The position numbers were made by a program, and so were the translations under genes. Of a DNA stretch of 64,000 nucleotides, positions 46,623-57,102 are shown piece by piece. Below the pieces are notes generated by a model. That model was not told the DNA's origin. It saw only the letters and a list, made by a program, of their open reading frames with translations, and searched no databases. Position 1 is the stretch's first letter, and the number at the start of each line of letters is the position of its first letter. Source of the DNA: Bacteroidota bacterium (GTDB lineage: Bacteria > Bacteroidota > Bacteroidia > NS11-12g > UBA955); NCBI GenBank assembly GCA_016868785.1, contig VGFS01000007.1, forward strand, positions 4,967 to 68,966, in the 5' to 3' direction.

Positions 46623-47198
46623 TTAGGGTTTGTTGAGGTAAAAATCCGAGGCGTTATATTTCTGTTTGATGATGGTTTCCAAGCCTTTCAAACATTGGTG
46701 TTTCTTGGCTTTAGCGACAGATGCGCTGGCAAGACCGTTCGCTTTGGCGATGGTATTCATGTCGAACCCATCGAAATAAAACATCATCAAAATGTTTCGA
46801 CATTTGTCTTGCAGCAAGTCGAGGGCTTTTTGTACGATGCTGTAGTCCATCCGCTGCGCCGGATCTACGGAGTCGGCCACTTCTTTGCCGGTGATATAAT
46901 CCTCACTTTTGGTGCGCTTGCGTTTGTCGAGCTGTTTCAACCACAAATTCTTGGCGATGGCAAACAGGTAGGTCGTCAGTTTGGCAGACAGTTCAAACTG
47001 GGGTTTGCGCACATTCTGCCACAATGCCACGAGCGTATCTTGCAGGAGGTCTTTGGCATCGTCGTCGTTGCCCGAATGGTTAAAAACGTGGTTGGCAATC
47101 ATTTCTTCATGGGCTTTGTACAATTCAATCAAAATTTCCCGGTCTCCTTCGCGGATGCGGTCAATGATTCTGCGGTCTGACAGGCTAGCTTTGTACAT
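46623..47198 (-). CDS. ECF-type RNA polymerase sigma-70 family factor
   Basis: 191 aa. Region 2 (DDDAKDLLQDTLVALWQN) and a region 4 helix-turn-helix (NTIAKANGLASASVAKAKKHQCLKGL). Confidence 0.85.
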   Translation of the reverse strand: MYKASLSDRRIIDRIREGDREILIELYKAHEEMIANHVFNHSGNDDDAKDLLQDTLVALWQNVRKPQFELSAKLTTYLFAIAKNLWLKQLDKRKRTKSEDYITGKEVADSVDPAQRMDYSIVQKALDLLQDKCRNILMMFYFDGFDMNTIAKANGLASASVAKAKKHQCLKGLETIIKQKYNASDFYLNKP

Positions 47199-47314
47199 TG
47201 CGCGGGCGCTTAATACGCGTTCATCGAAAAAGGTAAACGCTTTGTCTTACAAATTAAACGAACTCGGTTGGTTATGCGTTAAAATTCGGTACAAATTTTG
47301 ATTCAAGCACACAC

Positions 47315-48820
47315 ATGAAACAGTTATTAGACAAACACAAAATTTTGACCCTCGTATTGGCTGGTGTTGCCGGTGGCGTTGCCAGTTTGGGTGGTTACAT
47401 GGTTGTGGCCTCTAATCAAGCCACTTCCATTGAGGCGAAGCAGAATGCTTCTGGACAGATGGCCCGATACGCCAGTTTGAACAGCAGTCCGGCGTTTGAT
47501 TTTACGGGTGTGAGTGAAATTGCCAATCCGGCGGTGGTTCACATCAAATCCACCATTTCGGGTGGTAGCATGGGTGATGGTTCACGTCAGCAACAAATGC
47601 CCATGGATCCCTTTGAATTTTTTCGCGGTGGTCCGGGCATGGAGTTCCAGCAGCAAGGTCCGAGGCAGAGCAGTGGTTCTGGGGTGATTTTGAGCGATGA
47701 TGGATACGTTGTCACCAACAACCACGTGGTGGAGGGTGCTTCGAAGATTGAGGTGGTGCTGAACGACAAGCGCACTTACGTGGCGGAGTTGGTGGGCACG
47801 GACCCCAATACGGATATCGCTTTGTTGCGCATCGCAGAGAAAGATTTGCCCTTTTTAAAATTGGGAAATTCTGATGAAGTGAAGGTGGGTCAGTGGGTGG
47901 TAGCTGTTGGGAATCCATTCAATTTGAACAGCACGGTAACGTTGGGGATTGTGAGTGCGATGGGACGAAACATCGATTTGATTCGCAGCAAGGGAAATAA
48001 ATACGCCATTGAGAATTTCATCCAGACCGATGCGGCCATCAATCCCGGCAATTCGGGCGGGGCTTTGGTGAATACGGGTGGCGAGCTCATTGGAATCAAC
48101 ACCGCCATAGCGTCTGAGACGGGCAGTTATGCGGGATATGGCTTTGCGGTGCCTGTGAATTTGGTGAAAAAGGTGGTGAACGATATCATGAAGTATGGCA
48201 AGGTACAGCGTGCGTTGCTGGGTGTATCAATCCAAGAAATCAGTCAGGAATTGGCCGATGCGCAGGGTTTGAAAGATTTGAAGGGGGTATATGTGGCCGA
48301 GGTGGTGGAAAATGGTGCGGGAGAAAAAGCGGGCATCAAGAAGGGCGATGTGATTTTGAAAGTGGCGGGCATTGAGGTAAATGCGTCATCGCGATTGCAA
48401 GAAGAGGTGGGCAAATACGGTCCTGGCGATAAAGTAATGATCACCATCCGACGGAAAAATGCGGAAATGGAATTGGAGGCTACGTTGTTAAATGCTGAGG
48501 GCAAAACCAAATTGGAGGTTGCGGAAGCGGAAGTTTCAGATGCGTATCAGGGGATGAAGATGGACAATGTAACCCGCGAGCAGAAGGTGGCGTTGGGGGT
48601 GAAGTCGGGTGTGAAGGTGAGTGCTGTCGACAAAGGATTGTTCAAGGAGGCGGGGATTCCGGTGGGTTTTGTGATTACGCACATCAACAATGAGCCAGTG
48701 TATTCTGCCAAGGGTGCGGTGAGTTTGTTGAAATCACTGTCTGGGGCGATTACGATTGAGGGGTATACGGCGGATAAGAAAGAGCGTGTGTTTGCGGTGA
48801 AGTTGCCGCGGAAAGATTGA
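47315..48820 (+). CDS. htrA: Periplasmic serine endoprotease HtrA/DegP/DegQ family (trypsin-like domain plus two PDZ domains)
   Basis: 501 aa. Catalytic residues in TNNHVV, DIALLR and GNSGGALVN, followed by two PDZ domains. Confidence 0.92.
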   Translation: MKQLLDKHKILTLVLAGVAGGVASLGGYMVVASNQATSIEAKQNASGQMARYASLNSSPAFDFTGVSEIANPAVVHIKSTISGGSMGDGSRQQQMPMDPFEFFRGGPGMEFQQQGPRQSSGSGVILSDDGYVVTNNHVVEGASKIEVVLNDKRTYVAELVGTDPNTDIALLRIAEKDLPFLKLGNSDEVKVGQWVVAVGNPFNLNSTVTLGIVSAMGRNIDLIRSKGNKYAIENFIQTDAAINPGNSGGALVNTGGELIGINTAIASETGSYAGYGFAVPVNLVKKVVNDIMKYGKVQRALLGVSIQEISQELADAQGLKDLKGVYVAEVVENGAGEKAGIKKGDVILKVAGIEVNASSRLQEEVGKYGPGDKVMITIRRKNAEMELEATLLNAEGKTKLEVAEAEVSDAYQGMKMDNVTREQKVALGVKSGVKVSAVDKGLFKEAGIPVGFVITHINNEPVYSAKGAVSLLKSLSGAITIEGYTADKKERVFAVKLPRKD

Positions 48821-48841
48821 TGATTTGATATCATGTTAAGC

Positions 48842-48870
48842 AAAATGGGTCGGCTTTGCCGGCCCATTTT
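48842..48870. terminator. Bidirectional terminator hairpin between htrA and dnaB
   Basis: AAAATGGGTCGGC-ttt-GCCGGCCCATTTT, flanked by T-runs on both strands. Shares the CGGCTTTGCCGGCC core with the hairpin at 44609. Confidence 0.7.
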
Positions 48871-48873
48871 TGT

Positions 48874-50460
48874 TTAAAAATCTTCGGAAATATTGGGTGT
48901 GAAGCCGGAGTTCCAGCCATTGTCTTCCACGAAAGGACTGCTGCTGTTCATTTTGCTCTGAACGGTTACACTTTGTGGTTGATAGAAATTGAAATCGCCA
49001 CCCTTGTTTTCCAACATCATACGGTCTTGGGGATCTAAGTCTACAAACTTGGAAAACTGACCCACAAATTTGGCAAACGCAGAACCCGTTTCTCCGTGGC
49101 GGTTCTTTCCAATGATGATTTCTGTAAGTCCGGCAATGTCACTTCCTGGCGCCGCTTCCGCTTGCGGTCCGGGTTCGTTCATGCCCATCTTTTGGTAGTA
49201 CCCGTCGCGGTACAAGAACATGACCATATCCGCATCTTGCTCAATGGATCCTGATTCCCGCAAATCGGATAGTTGGGGACGTTTGTTGCCGCGTTTTTCA
49301 ACTTCTCGACTCAATTGTGCCAAGGCGATTACGGGGATGGCCAATTCTTTCGCCAAGCCTTTCAAAGCCCTTGAAATGAAGGCAATTTCTTGCTCTCGGT
49401 TTCCTTGTCCTTTGGTATCGTGGCGCAATAACTGTAGGTAATCGACCACTACCAAGTCCAAACCGCTCTGAGAGTGTATTCTACGACATTTCGCTGTGAG
49501 GTCAAAAATACTCAGCTGCGGGGTATCGTCGATGTATATGCCAGCGTTGGACAAATGCACCGTTTTGTCGTGCAGACGCTGCCACTCCTGTTCGGTAAGG
49601 TTGCTTTTTTTAATTTTATCTGATTCGATTTCTGCTTCACCGCTAATCAAGCGATTGACCAGCTGAACATCGGCCATCTCTAACGAGAAAATCATGGCTT
49701 TCTTGCCAAAATCTAAGGCGGCATTTCGCATCAAACTCAGCGCGAACGCCGTTTTACCCATCGCCGGACGGGCTGCCAAAATGACCAAATCGGAAGGTTG
49801 CCATCCACTGGTGATTCGGTCCAAATCGCTGAAGCCTGTGGCTACACCGGTGATGCCTGAATTATCGGTAGACTGACGTTGTTCCAACTCTTTCAACGCT
49901 TGTTGCACTAGGGCATTGATGTCGCGAAAACTTCGTTTCAATCCCGCGTTTTTGATTTCGTACAATTTTCGTTCGCACTCATCTAGCATTTCAAAAGAAT
50001 CTTTGGCATCGTCGTAGGCGTCCAACGAAATTTCTCCAGAAACGCGAATGAGCTCGCGCTGCACAAATTTTTGTGTCAAAATCCGGGCGTGGTATTCCAA
50101 ATTGGCCGCTGAAGACACCTTGCTGGTAAGACTTGCCAGATAGTAGGCCCCACCCACAATGTCTAGCTCTCCAGCATTGCGCAATTCATTGGCTACGGTG
50201 AGCAAATCCACGGCACCGCCTTCGGTGTACAATTTCCTGATGGCACCATAAATTTTTCCATTTTCTGGGGCGTAGAAGTGGCCTTCGGTCAGAATTTCCA
50301 CCACCGCGTGAATTTTGTCACGCTCCAGCATCATGGCACCCAACACGGCTTCCTCCAACTCACGGGCATTTGGAGGCATGCGACCGCTAGCATCGGGACC
50401 GATGATTTTGGGTACTTGGCTTTTCCTGCGTGTGCTTTTGATGTTGGAGTTGTCGTCCAT
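48874..50460 (-). CDS. dnaB: Replicative DNA helicase DnaB
   Basis: 528 aa. N-terminal DnaB domain (PPNARELEEAVLGAMM), Walker A (ARPAMGKTAFAL), and VVVDYLQLL. Confidence 0.95.
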   Translation of the reverse strand: MDDNSNIKSTRRKSQVPKIIGPDASGRMPPNARELEEAVLGAMMLERDKIHAVVEILTEGHFYAPENGKIYGAIRKLYTEGGAVDLLTVANELRNAGELDIVGGAYYLASLTSKVSSAANLEYHARILTQKFVQRELIRVSGEISLDAYDDAKDSFEMLDECERKLYEIKNAGLKRSFRDINALVQQALKELEQRQSTDNSGITGVATGFSDLDRITSGWQPSDLVILAARPAMGKTAFALSLMRNAALDFGKKAMIFSLEMADVQLVNRLISGEAEIESDKIKKSNLTEQEWQRLHDKTVHLSNAGIYIDDTPQLSIFDLTAKCRRIHSQSGLDLVVVDYLQLLRHDTKGQGNREQEIAFISRALKGLAKELAIPVIALAQLSREVEKRGNKRPQLSDLRESGSIEQDADMVMFLYRDGYYQKMGMNEPGPQAEAAPGSDIAGLTEIIIGKNRHGETGSAFAKFVGQFSKFVDLDPQDRMMLENKGGDFNFYQPQSVTVQSKMNSSSPFVEDNGWNSGFTPNISEDF

Positions 50461-50674
50461 AGGACCTACAAAGTAAAATCAAATCGACATAGTTTTTTCA
50501 AATTGGGCGGACAAAACTTGTAAACATTTTTGAGTGGGGAAAAGGGTTGTAATCGCGTCAAATTGTCAGACAATTAAGGTCCAACAAAATGGGTATGATA
50601 TGTGTTATATCTAAGAAAACATACAGTATGGGGGCTTGTTTGTTTTTGGTGAATTAAATGCCACTTACAGCCCA

Positions 50675-50682
50675 TACATTTG
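50675..50682 (+). promoter_or_regulatory. -7 promoter box TACATTTG upstream of clpC
   Basis: Exact TAnnTTTG match 18 nt upstream of the ATG at 50701. No properly spaced -33 TTTG was seen. Confidence 0.35.
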
Positions 50683-50700
50683 TAATTAAGCAGAGCAATC

Positions 50701-53328
50701 ATGGAAGCAAAATTTTCACAACGGGTTAAGGAGGTAATTCAATACAGCAGGGAAGAGGCCATTCGCTTGGGCCACGACTACATCGGATGCGAGCACTTAT
50801 TGTTGGGCATCATCCGCGAGGGCGAGGGCAAGGCCATTCAGACCATCAAGTTGCTGGATATTGATGCATTGCGATTGAAAAAGAGCATTGAGGATGCCAT
50901 TCGGACCACCGCCACCAAAACCACCAATTTGGGCAATATTCCATTGACCAAGCAGGCGGAAAAGGCGTTGAAGATTACCTATTTGGAGGCGAAAATCTTC
51001 AAGACGGACCTCATTGGTACCGAGCATTTGTTGCTGTCGATTTTGCGCGATGAGGACAATGTGGCCTCCAAAATTTTGAACCAATATGGGGTGAATTACG
51101 ATGTGTTTAAGTCGGCGTTGGAAGAGGGGGTCGACAATCCACAAATTCGCAGTGAATCTGAGAGCGAAGAGAATGAAACCCCGGAAGATTTTTATCATGA
51201 AGAACAAAAAGCGGCGGAGGCTCGAAAAGGCGGAAAGGCCAAAACGAAAACCCCGGTGCTCGACAATTTCGGCAGGGATTTGACCAAAGCTGCGGAAGAA
51301 GGCAAGTTGGATCCCATTGTGGGTCGTGAAAAAGAAATTGAGCGGGTAAGTCAGGTATTGAGTCGCCGCAAAAAGAACAACCCCGTGTTGATAGGGGAGC
51401 CTGGCGTAGGAAAAACAGCCATCGCCGAGGGGTTGGCATTGCGCATCATTCAAAGAAAAGTGAGTCGCGTGTTGTTCAATAAACGCGTGGTGAATTTGGA
51501 TATTGCTTCCATGGTTGCGGGAACCAAGTACCGCGGTCAGTTTGAAGAGCGAATGAAGGCCTTGATGATGGAGTTGGAGAAAGCCGATGATGTAATTTTG
51601 TTCATCGATGAGATCCATACCATCGTGGGTGCTGGGGGCGCCAGCGGATCGTTGGATGCTTCAAATATGTTTAAACCGGCGTTGGCCCGCGGAGAAATCC
51701 AATGCATCGGTGCCACCACGTTGGATGAATATCGCCAATACATCGAAAAAGACGGCGCCTTGGAACGTCGATTCCAAATGGTGTTGATTGAGCCTGCATC
51801 GCCAGAGGAAACTGTTGAAATCTTGCACAACATTTCCAACAAATACGAAGAGCACCACAGCGTGAAATACACCCCTGAGGCCATCAAAGCGTGCGTGGAT
51901 TTGAGTGTGCGATACATGAGCGATCGACATCTGCCAGATAAGGCCATTGATATTTTGGACGAAGCGGGTGCTCGTGTGCACATTGGCAACATCAATGTTC
52001 CCAATGATATTTTAGAGCTTGAATCGCAGATTGAAGGCATCAAAGTAGAGAAGAACAAGGTGGTGAAAAGCCAGAATTTTGAGGAAGCCGCCAAATTGCG
52101 CGATACCGAAAAGCGTTTGCTCGAAGATTTGGAGACGGCCAAAGCCCGTTGGGAAGCCCAAACGGCCACTGAGAAATTCATGGTTACGGAAGATGATATC
52201 GCGGCGGTGATTTCGATGATTACCGGCATCCCCGTGAAACGAATGGGTGAAGATGAATCGCTCCGACTGCTGGCCATGGCCGATACTTTGCGCAAGCGTG
52301 TGGTGGGTCAGGACAAAGCCATCGAAAAGTTGACCAAAACCATCCAACGGACCCGGGCAGGCTTCAAAGAGCCCAATCGTCCCATTGGTTCATTTATTTT
52401 CTTAGGTCCTACCGGCGTGGGAAAAACCGAACTTGCCAAATCGTTGAGTGAGTTTTTGTTTGATGCCGACGATGCGATGATTCGCATTGATATGAGCGAG
52501 TTCATGGAAAAATTTGCCGTGAGCCGATTGGTGGGGGCCCCTCCAGGTTATGTGGGGTATGAAGAAGGTGGTATGCTGACCGAAAAAGTGCGTCGCAAAC
52601 CCTATTCTGTGATCTTGTTCGATGAGGTGGAAAAGGCGCATCCCGATGTGTTCAATTTGTTGTTGCAGGTGTTGGATGAGGGACAGATGACCGATTCTAT
52701 GGGACGGAAAATCGACTTCAGAAATACGGTGATTATCATGACATCGAACATTGGATCAAGGCAGTTGAAGGAGTTCGGCACAGGGGTGGGTTTTGGAACC
52801 CAGACCAAAGAAGTGAACCGGGAGCGCGACAGCAAGCAGGTGATAGAAGCCCAGTTGCGCAAGTTCTTCTCACCCGAGTTTTTGAACCGAATTGATGATG
52901 TGGTTGTCTTTAATTCTTTGGAGAAAGAGCAAATCATCAAGATTTTGGACGTGCGCATGGCGAAAATGTTGAAGCGCATTGGCGATATCGGTTACAAAGT
53001 GAATTTGAGCGATGCGGCGAAGACCTTCTTGGCCGATAAGGGATTTGATGCTGACTTCGGTGCGAGACCATTACAGCGTGCTTTGCAGAAATATCTGGAA
53101 GAGCCATTGGCAGAGCAAGTACTTCAGGGTAACTTGAAAGAAGGCGATGCCCTGTTGGTGGATCACGCTGAAGGGGCGGAGGAGTTGAACTTTACCCCTG
53201 TGAAGGCCATTGCGTCAGCTGCCGAAGTGCCCGCATTGGAAGAAGGCAAAACCGAAGAGGTTGCTGCAGCGCCAAAGAAACCGAGGGCAACCAAAGCCAA
53301 GACTGATAAGAAATCGGACGAGAATTAA
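50701..53328 (+). CDS. clpC: AAA+ ATP-dependent Clp protease ATP-binding subunit, ClpC type
   Basis: 875 aa. Two Clp_N repeats, two Walker A sites (GEPGVGKTA and GPTGVGKTE), and a short UVR-like middle domain ([16 protein letters not shown]) rather than the long ClpB coiled coil. Lys/Ala-rich C-terminal tail. Confidence 0.9.
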   Translation: MEAKFSQRVKEVIQYSREEAIRLGHDYIGCEHLLLGIIREGEGKAIQTIKLLDIDALRLKKSIEDAIRTTATKTTNLGNIPLTKQAEKALKITYLEAKIFKTDLIGTEHLLLSILRDEDNVASKILNQYGVNYDVFKSALEEGVDNPQIRSESESEENETPEDFYHEEQKAAEARKGGKAKTKTPVLDNFGRDLTKAAEEGKLDPIVGREKEIERVSQVLSRRKKNNPVLIGEPGVGKTAIAEGLALRIIQRKVSRVLFNKRVVNLDIASMVAGTKYRGQFEERMKALMMELEKADDVILFIDEIHTIVGAGGASGSLDASNMFKPALARGEIQCIGATTLDEYRQYIEKDGALERRFQMVLIEPASPEETVEILHNISNKYEEHHSVKYTPEAIKACVDLSVRYMSDRHLPDKAIDILDEAGARVHIGNINVPNDILELESQIEGIKVEKNKVVKSQNFEEAAKLRDTEKRLLEDLETAKARWEAQTATEKFMVTEDDIAAVISMITGIPVKRMGEDESLRLLAMADTLRKRVVGQDKAIEKLTKTIQRTRAGFKEPNRPIGSFIFLGPTGVGKTELAKSLSEFLFDADDAMIRIDMSEFMEKFAVSRLVGAPPGYVGYEEGGMLTEKVRRKPYSVILFDEVEKAHPDVFNLLLQVLDEGQMTDSMGRKIDFRNTVIIMTSNIGSRQLKEFGTGVGFGTQTKEVNRERDSKQVIEAQLRKFFSPEFLNRIDDVVVFNSLEKEQIIKILDVRMAKMLKRIGDIGYKVNLSDAAKTFLADKGFDADFGARPLQRALQKYLEEPLAEQVLQGNLKEGDALLVDHAEGAEELNFTPVKAIASAAEVPALEEGKTEEVAAAPKKPRATKAKTDKKSDEN

Positions 53329-53810
53329 AAAAACCGTCGGATATCCATGAATCGCAGACGATAGTACTGCGAACTCAAAACATCGTATCGAATGCCGCCG
53401 CTGGTGGCTGAATGAATGAAGTAAATTTCGGTGGAGGTAACCTCAGTGATGATGCCTACGTGGCCCATGACGCGCCTGCTGAGACTGTGGCCCTTAAAGC
53501 AAATAACATCACCTGGTCTGGCATGAGCCAACGGTACATGAACCCCTGCGTTGTGAAATAGGGATGAACTCGCCGGTGTGCGAATGCCCAAAGTGCTGTT
53601 GTAGCAATAGCCCACGAAGCCACTGCAATCGAACCCCGCGGGTGTTTTGCCGCCGCCGCGGTAATGTGTGCCCAAATGCTTTCCTGCTTCCCGCAACAGC
53701 GAGTTGATGGCCACCAAATCGGCATTGTCGTCACCTACCAACGAGTCGGTTTGTGCCGATAACAGGTTGGTGGTCAAGAGAATGACGGCAAGAACGATTT
53801 GTTTGATCAC
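53325..53810 (-). CDS. NlpC/P60 (C40) family cell-wall peptidase
   Basis: 161 aa with a GTG start and a signal peptide. Catalytic Cys motif GFDCSGFVGYCY and downstream HVGII. Confidence 0.8.
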   Translation of the reverse strand: MIKQIVLAVILLTTNLLSAQTDSLVGDDNADLVAINSLLREAGKHLGTHYRGGGKTPAGFDCSGFVGYCYNSTLGIRTPASSSLFHNAGVHVPLAHARPGDVICFKGHSLSRRVMGHVGIITEVTSTEIYFIHSATSGGIRYDVLSSQYYRLRFMDIRRFF

Positions 53811-53861
53811 GGCGAGTGTTTTGGGTGTTGCGTTTAAGATTATGGATGATTTGTGTTGGGG

Positions 53862-54659
53862 TTATGGCAAGTAAGTGAGCATTTTCTTGTAACGCTCGGT
53901 GTAAGTTTGTCCGGTTTTTCCTCCTTTTTCTGCCCAACGTTTTTTCATGTTGGCCACTCGGTTTCCTGGATCGGGGTGGGTACTGAGAAACTCAGGAATG
54001 TTCACTTGGTGCTTCTCTTTTTGGATTTTCTCGAAGAATCCGGCGGCACCTACGGGGTTGTAGCTGGTCTGATATAGCCAATCTACAGAACAATTGTCGG
54101 CCTCGGTTTCAGCATCTCTCCCAAAGCTCAATTGAGCCAGGCTCGTAGCCACTTGTAGCAGTTGGGCTTTGTTGGTTCCAAAAATGAGTTCCAACAGCAA
54201 ATTGGCACCAAACTCCCGGGTCATGGCATCGGTTGAATGTCTTTTCTCGGCATGCGCCATCTCATGTCCCATTACGCCGGCCAATTGGTCTTCGCTTTCA
54301 AGGTATTTCATCAAGCCGGTGTACACGTAAATGTATCCCCCCGGTGTGCAGAACGCATTTTGAATGGTGTCGTTATGAATAATTCTCACGCGCCATGGGA
54401 AATCGCTGTTGTGCACCAACAAATTGGTGTTGAGGATGGTGTCGCGAACGCCGTAAATGTATCGGTACAAGGAGGCATTTTTGGCGGAATCCATCACCAC
54501 TGCGGCCGAACCCGTTTCAAAACTACTGGCTACTTGCTGTCCTAAGGCTACGTCTTGTTCTACTGGGAAAATATTCACTTTCCCCAACCAATTCGAGCAA
54601 CTAGACAGGGTGAAAAGTCCCAAAATGGAGGCTGTAATCAAAGAAATTCGTTTGTTCAT
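53862..54659 (-). CDS. M48 family zinc metallopeptidase lipoprotein
   Basis: 265 aa. Lipoprotein signal (LFTLSSCSNW), HEMAHAEKRH zinc motif, and a downstream E in GRDAETEAD. Confidence 0.8.
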   Translation of the reverse strand: MNKRISLITASILGLFTLSSCSNWLGKVNIFPVEQDVALGQQVASSFETGSAAVVMDSAKNASLYRYIYGVRDTILNTNLLVHNSDFPWRVRIIHNDTIQNAFCTPGGYIYVYTGLMKYLESEDQLAGVMGHEMAHAEKRHSTDAMTREFGANLLLELIFGTNKAQLLQVATSLAQLSFGRDAETEADNCSVDWLYQTSYNPVGAAGFFEKIQKEKHQVNIPEFLSTHPDPGNRVANMKKRWAEKGGKTGQTYTERYKKMLTYLP

Positions 54660-54685
54660 GGCTTTTTCGCGTATCCCCCTTTAGC

Positions 54686-54693
54686 CAAAAATA
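54686..54693 (-). promoter_or_regulatory. -7 promoter box TATTTTTG (minus strand) upstream of the M48 peptidase gene
   Basis: Plus-strand caaaaata at 54686-54693, 26 nt upstream of the ATG at 54659. Confidence 0.35.
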
Positions 54694-54735
54694 ATGCCAA
54701 AATGCCCGTGGACCGGAAATCTCCTAGCCCAATGG

Positions 54736-57102
54736 TTAAAATGGGTAACCGATGCCTATGGCGATGGCTGTTTCATCGAGCAAATACCTGCCCATGCTGC
54801 CCGAGACTTGTTTGGTCATCACCCATCGCTGGTCTGTGGGTTTGCTTGGGTCGCGGATGGGAAGTCCCCAATCGATGCGAAACAGGAATACGCTTAAATC
54901 GAAACGAAATCCAATGCCGGTATTTACCGCCACTTCAGACAAAAAGGTATTTCGATTGATGACGCCATATCCGTTGGTGGAGCCCGCAGCGCTGAGGTTC
55001 CAAATGTTACCAGCGTCTAAGAACAGGGCGCTTTCTATGAAGTGTTTGATCAGGGTAAACCGATATTCTAGGTTGGCTTCGAGCAAGAATTCTCCACTTC
55101 TATCGATGATGGATCCGGAACTTCTTGGGGTGTTTCCCGGTCCGATGCCTCGAGGTCGCCACCCCCTCAAACTGTTACTGCCCCCTATGAAATATCGTTT
55201 ATCGTAAGGAATTACATTGCTGTTCCAATACGGCAGCGCCATTCCGAAGTTGGCCCTGAAAGCGATGCTGTTCAATTCGTCGATGTTTTGATGGATGCGA
55301 ATTTCCGATTCCATTTTGGCATACTGGAAATAATTCACCCCCAGAAACTGGTAGGAACTATCAGGATTGTAGTTGGGCTGAAACAAATAGCGGGCAAGTC
55401 GGTGCCAGTTGCCGGATGTTTCAAATCCTACCCGACCAAAAAAGTACGTTTGTCCGGGTTTGTGTCGGTTGTTGGTATAAATGGCCCCCAATTTGGCTGC
55501 GGTAATGAATTGGTCAGTAAATACCCGCTTTACAAAATCTTGGTCGAGTTGTGGCAATCGCGGCAAGAACGAAGGGTTGATTTCGTTTCGGTTGAAGCTG
55601 AGTTCTAGGGGGGTATAATACCAACTGAAATTGGGTCTGATGAATTGCAAAGATACCGAGGCAGGCAGGGCGCTTCGCTTGAAATTGGGGTTGTTTTCTG
55701 CCTGATAACTCAACGAGAAGACGGTGTTTTTTCGCTGGTAAGGGTTTTTCAATTTGAACTTCTCCAAAATGGTAAAGTTGGGCAGCGAAAGGGTCATGTT
55801 GAAACCCTGCTGCAATCCGTACTGAAAATTGCCCAAATCGCCGCGTTTGAAGATGGCTTCATACGAAGTGATGGAGCTGATTTTCAAACTTTCACCATTT
55901 CCCAGGGCGTTTCGGTTGTTGAACGACATGATGCCAGCCAAACCGAACGAGCGTTGGCTTTGTGTTTGGAAGTTGGTACCCGAACTACCTTGGGGCGAAT
56001 AAAGGGCTTGGGGCTCTATTTGGGTATAAATGCGGGGAACGGCTTTGGCCACGATGCGCGTGATGATGAGTCCGCGTGCTGAGTCCACTTCTTGGTGGAG
56101 GTCAACATAGGAAAACAGGGCCATATCGACCAGCCCAACATAGGTTTGGTTGGTGACTGACTGCGAAAACCATCGTCCGGAATCGATCAGAATAACCTTT
56201 TCCATCACTTGGGATTTGATGGGGTAGTGGTTTAGTGTGAGGTGTTTGCCGCGGCTATGAACGGATTGCGGATAGCGGTTGCTTTGATAAATGTCTGAGC
56301 AAATGAGGGTGAAATGGGTGGCTCCAAAACGGTATCGTTGGAATTTTTGCTTGGCATTGGGGTTGTCGAGCTTGAGGAATACTGCGCCTTCTTTTTTATT
56401 TTGAAGCGTATCGATTTCATAGCGAAACAGATCGGGCTGTGCTTCGAAATAGCCACGGTCGCGCAGTTCCAAGGTGAGCTCTTCTTTGGCTGCATTGAGG
56501 TCGTTCAGGTTAATGGGCCACCACAACCGATACGCGATGTTTTGGGCAACGAGACTATCGATCAGGGGCCTGAGGGCGGTGTCTGCGGGCTGTCGGAAAA
56601 ATGAATTGAGGCGGTAGGCTTTGCCGGGTTCTACTTGGTAAACCACTTGGGCTTTTCGGGGGCCGAGGACCGTGCGATAGGTGACTTGGGCATCGAAATA
56701 CCCCATGTTGAACAGTTGGTTGGAGATGTTTTCTTCCGATAGTTGCACCAGCGAGGAATCGAGCAGCACTGGGGGCTCTCCCAATTTTTTTCTCAGGGTG
56801 CGACGCCATCCCACCGAGTCTGATAGTTCGGGGTGTTTTTCATTGGTTCCCAGCGCGTAGGCCCAAAGAAAGACGGGCAATTTATTGAACAGCACCCGTT
56901 TGTTGGGGCGATGCAAAATTTGTGCTTTGATGTCGGCATCGGGGGCCGATTTTTTGGGGATTTGAACGATGTTTTTCTTCAGCAGGTATTTGCCATCGGG
57001 GATGCTTTTCTTTACTCCACAGGCCTGCAGAATGGCGATGACGCTCAGCAGCCATAGATACTTCCGCAGAAAAATGTGATATTTGCTATCAGAATATGCC
57101 AT
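54736..57102 (-). CDS. Omp85 (BamA/TamA-like, surface antigen D15) family outer membrane protein
   Basis: 788 aa with an ATG start. Lipoprotein-like signal (SVIAILQACG). POTRA-like N-terminal part. C-terminal bacterial surface antigen barrel (RYFIGGSNSLRGWRPRGIGPG) ending in GIGYPF. Confidence 0.7.
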   Translation of the reverse strand: MAYSDSKYHIFLRKYLWLLSVIAILQACGVKKSIPDGKYLLKKNIVQIPKKSAPDADIKAQILHRPNKRVLFNKLPVFLWAYALGTNEKHPELSDSVGWRRTLRKKLGEPPVLLDSSLVQLSEENISNQLFNMGYFDAQVTYRTVLGPRKAQVVYQVEPGKAYRLNSFFRQPADTALRPLIDSLVAQNIAYRLWWPINLNDLNAAKEELTLELRDRGYFEAQPDLFRYEIDTLQNKKEGAVFLKLDNPNAKQKFQRYRFGATHFTLICSDIYQSNRYPQSVHSRGKHLTLNHYPIKSQVMEKVILIDSGRWFSQSVTNQTYVGLVDMALFSYVDLHQEVDSARGLIITRIVAKAVPRIYTQIEPQALYSPQGSSGTNFQTQSQRSFGLAGIMSFNNRNALGNGESLKISSITSYEAIFKRGDLGNFQYGLQQGFNMTLSLPNFTILEKFKLKNPYQRKNTVFSLSYQAENNPNFKRSALPASVSLQFIRPNFSWYYTPLELSFNRNEINPSFLPRLPQLDQDFVKRVFTDQFITAAKLGAIYTNNRHKPGQTYFFGRVGFETSGNWHRLARYLFQPNYNPDSSYQFLGVNYFQYAKMESEIRIHQNIDELNSIAFRANFGMALPYWNSNVIPYDKRYFIGGSNSLRGWRPRGIGPGNTPRSSGSIIDRSGEFLLEANLEYRFTLIKHFIESALFLDAGNIWNLSAAGSTNGYGVINRNTFLSEVAVNTGIGFRFDLSVFLFRIDWGLPIRDPSKPTDQRWVMTKQVSGSMGRYLLDETAIAIGIGYPF

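Noticed and set aside
50561-50575. Inverted repeat AATTG-tcaga-CAATT in the dnaB / clpC divergent region, considered as a heat-shock operator (CtsR or HrcA/CIRCE-like).
   Set aside because: It has only 5-bp arms and does not resemble the CIRCE consensus or the CtsR heptad repeat. It is likely chance in AT-rich DNA.
50797-52295. Long antisense ORFs inside clpC (50797-51618, 273 aa; 51537-52295, 252 aa). Similar long antisense ORFs occur in the sigma gene (46413-47180, 255 aa), lipA (41006-41614, 202 aa), sucB (9929-10456, 175 aa), the Fe-S gene region (20887-21444, 185 aa) and the DUF4175 gene (60551-61159, 202 aa).
   Set aside because: Each is fully embedded opposite a gene with unambiguous conserved motifs. 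Their sequences are low-complexity or compositionally odd (rich in R, H, F or C), with no recognisable domains, signals or promoter boxes. They are the expected shadow ORFs of moderate-GC or repetitive coding DNA.
53325-53328. Convergent clpC and NlpC/P60 genes share overlapping stop codons within TTAA, with no terminator between them.
   Set aside because: This is real but trivial compaction. Tail-to-tail stop overlaps are common and carry no specific functional implication on their own.
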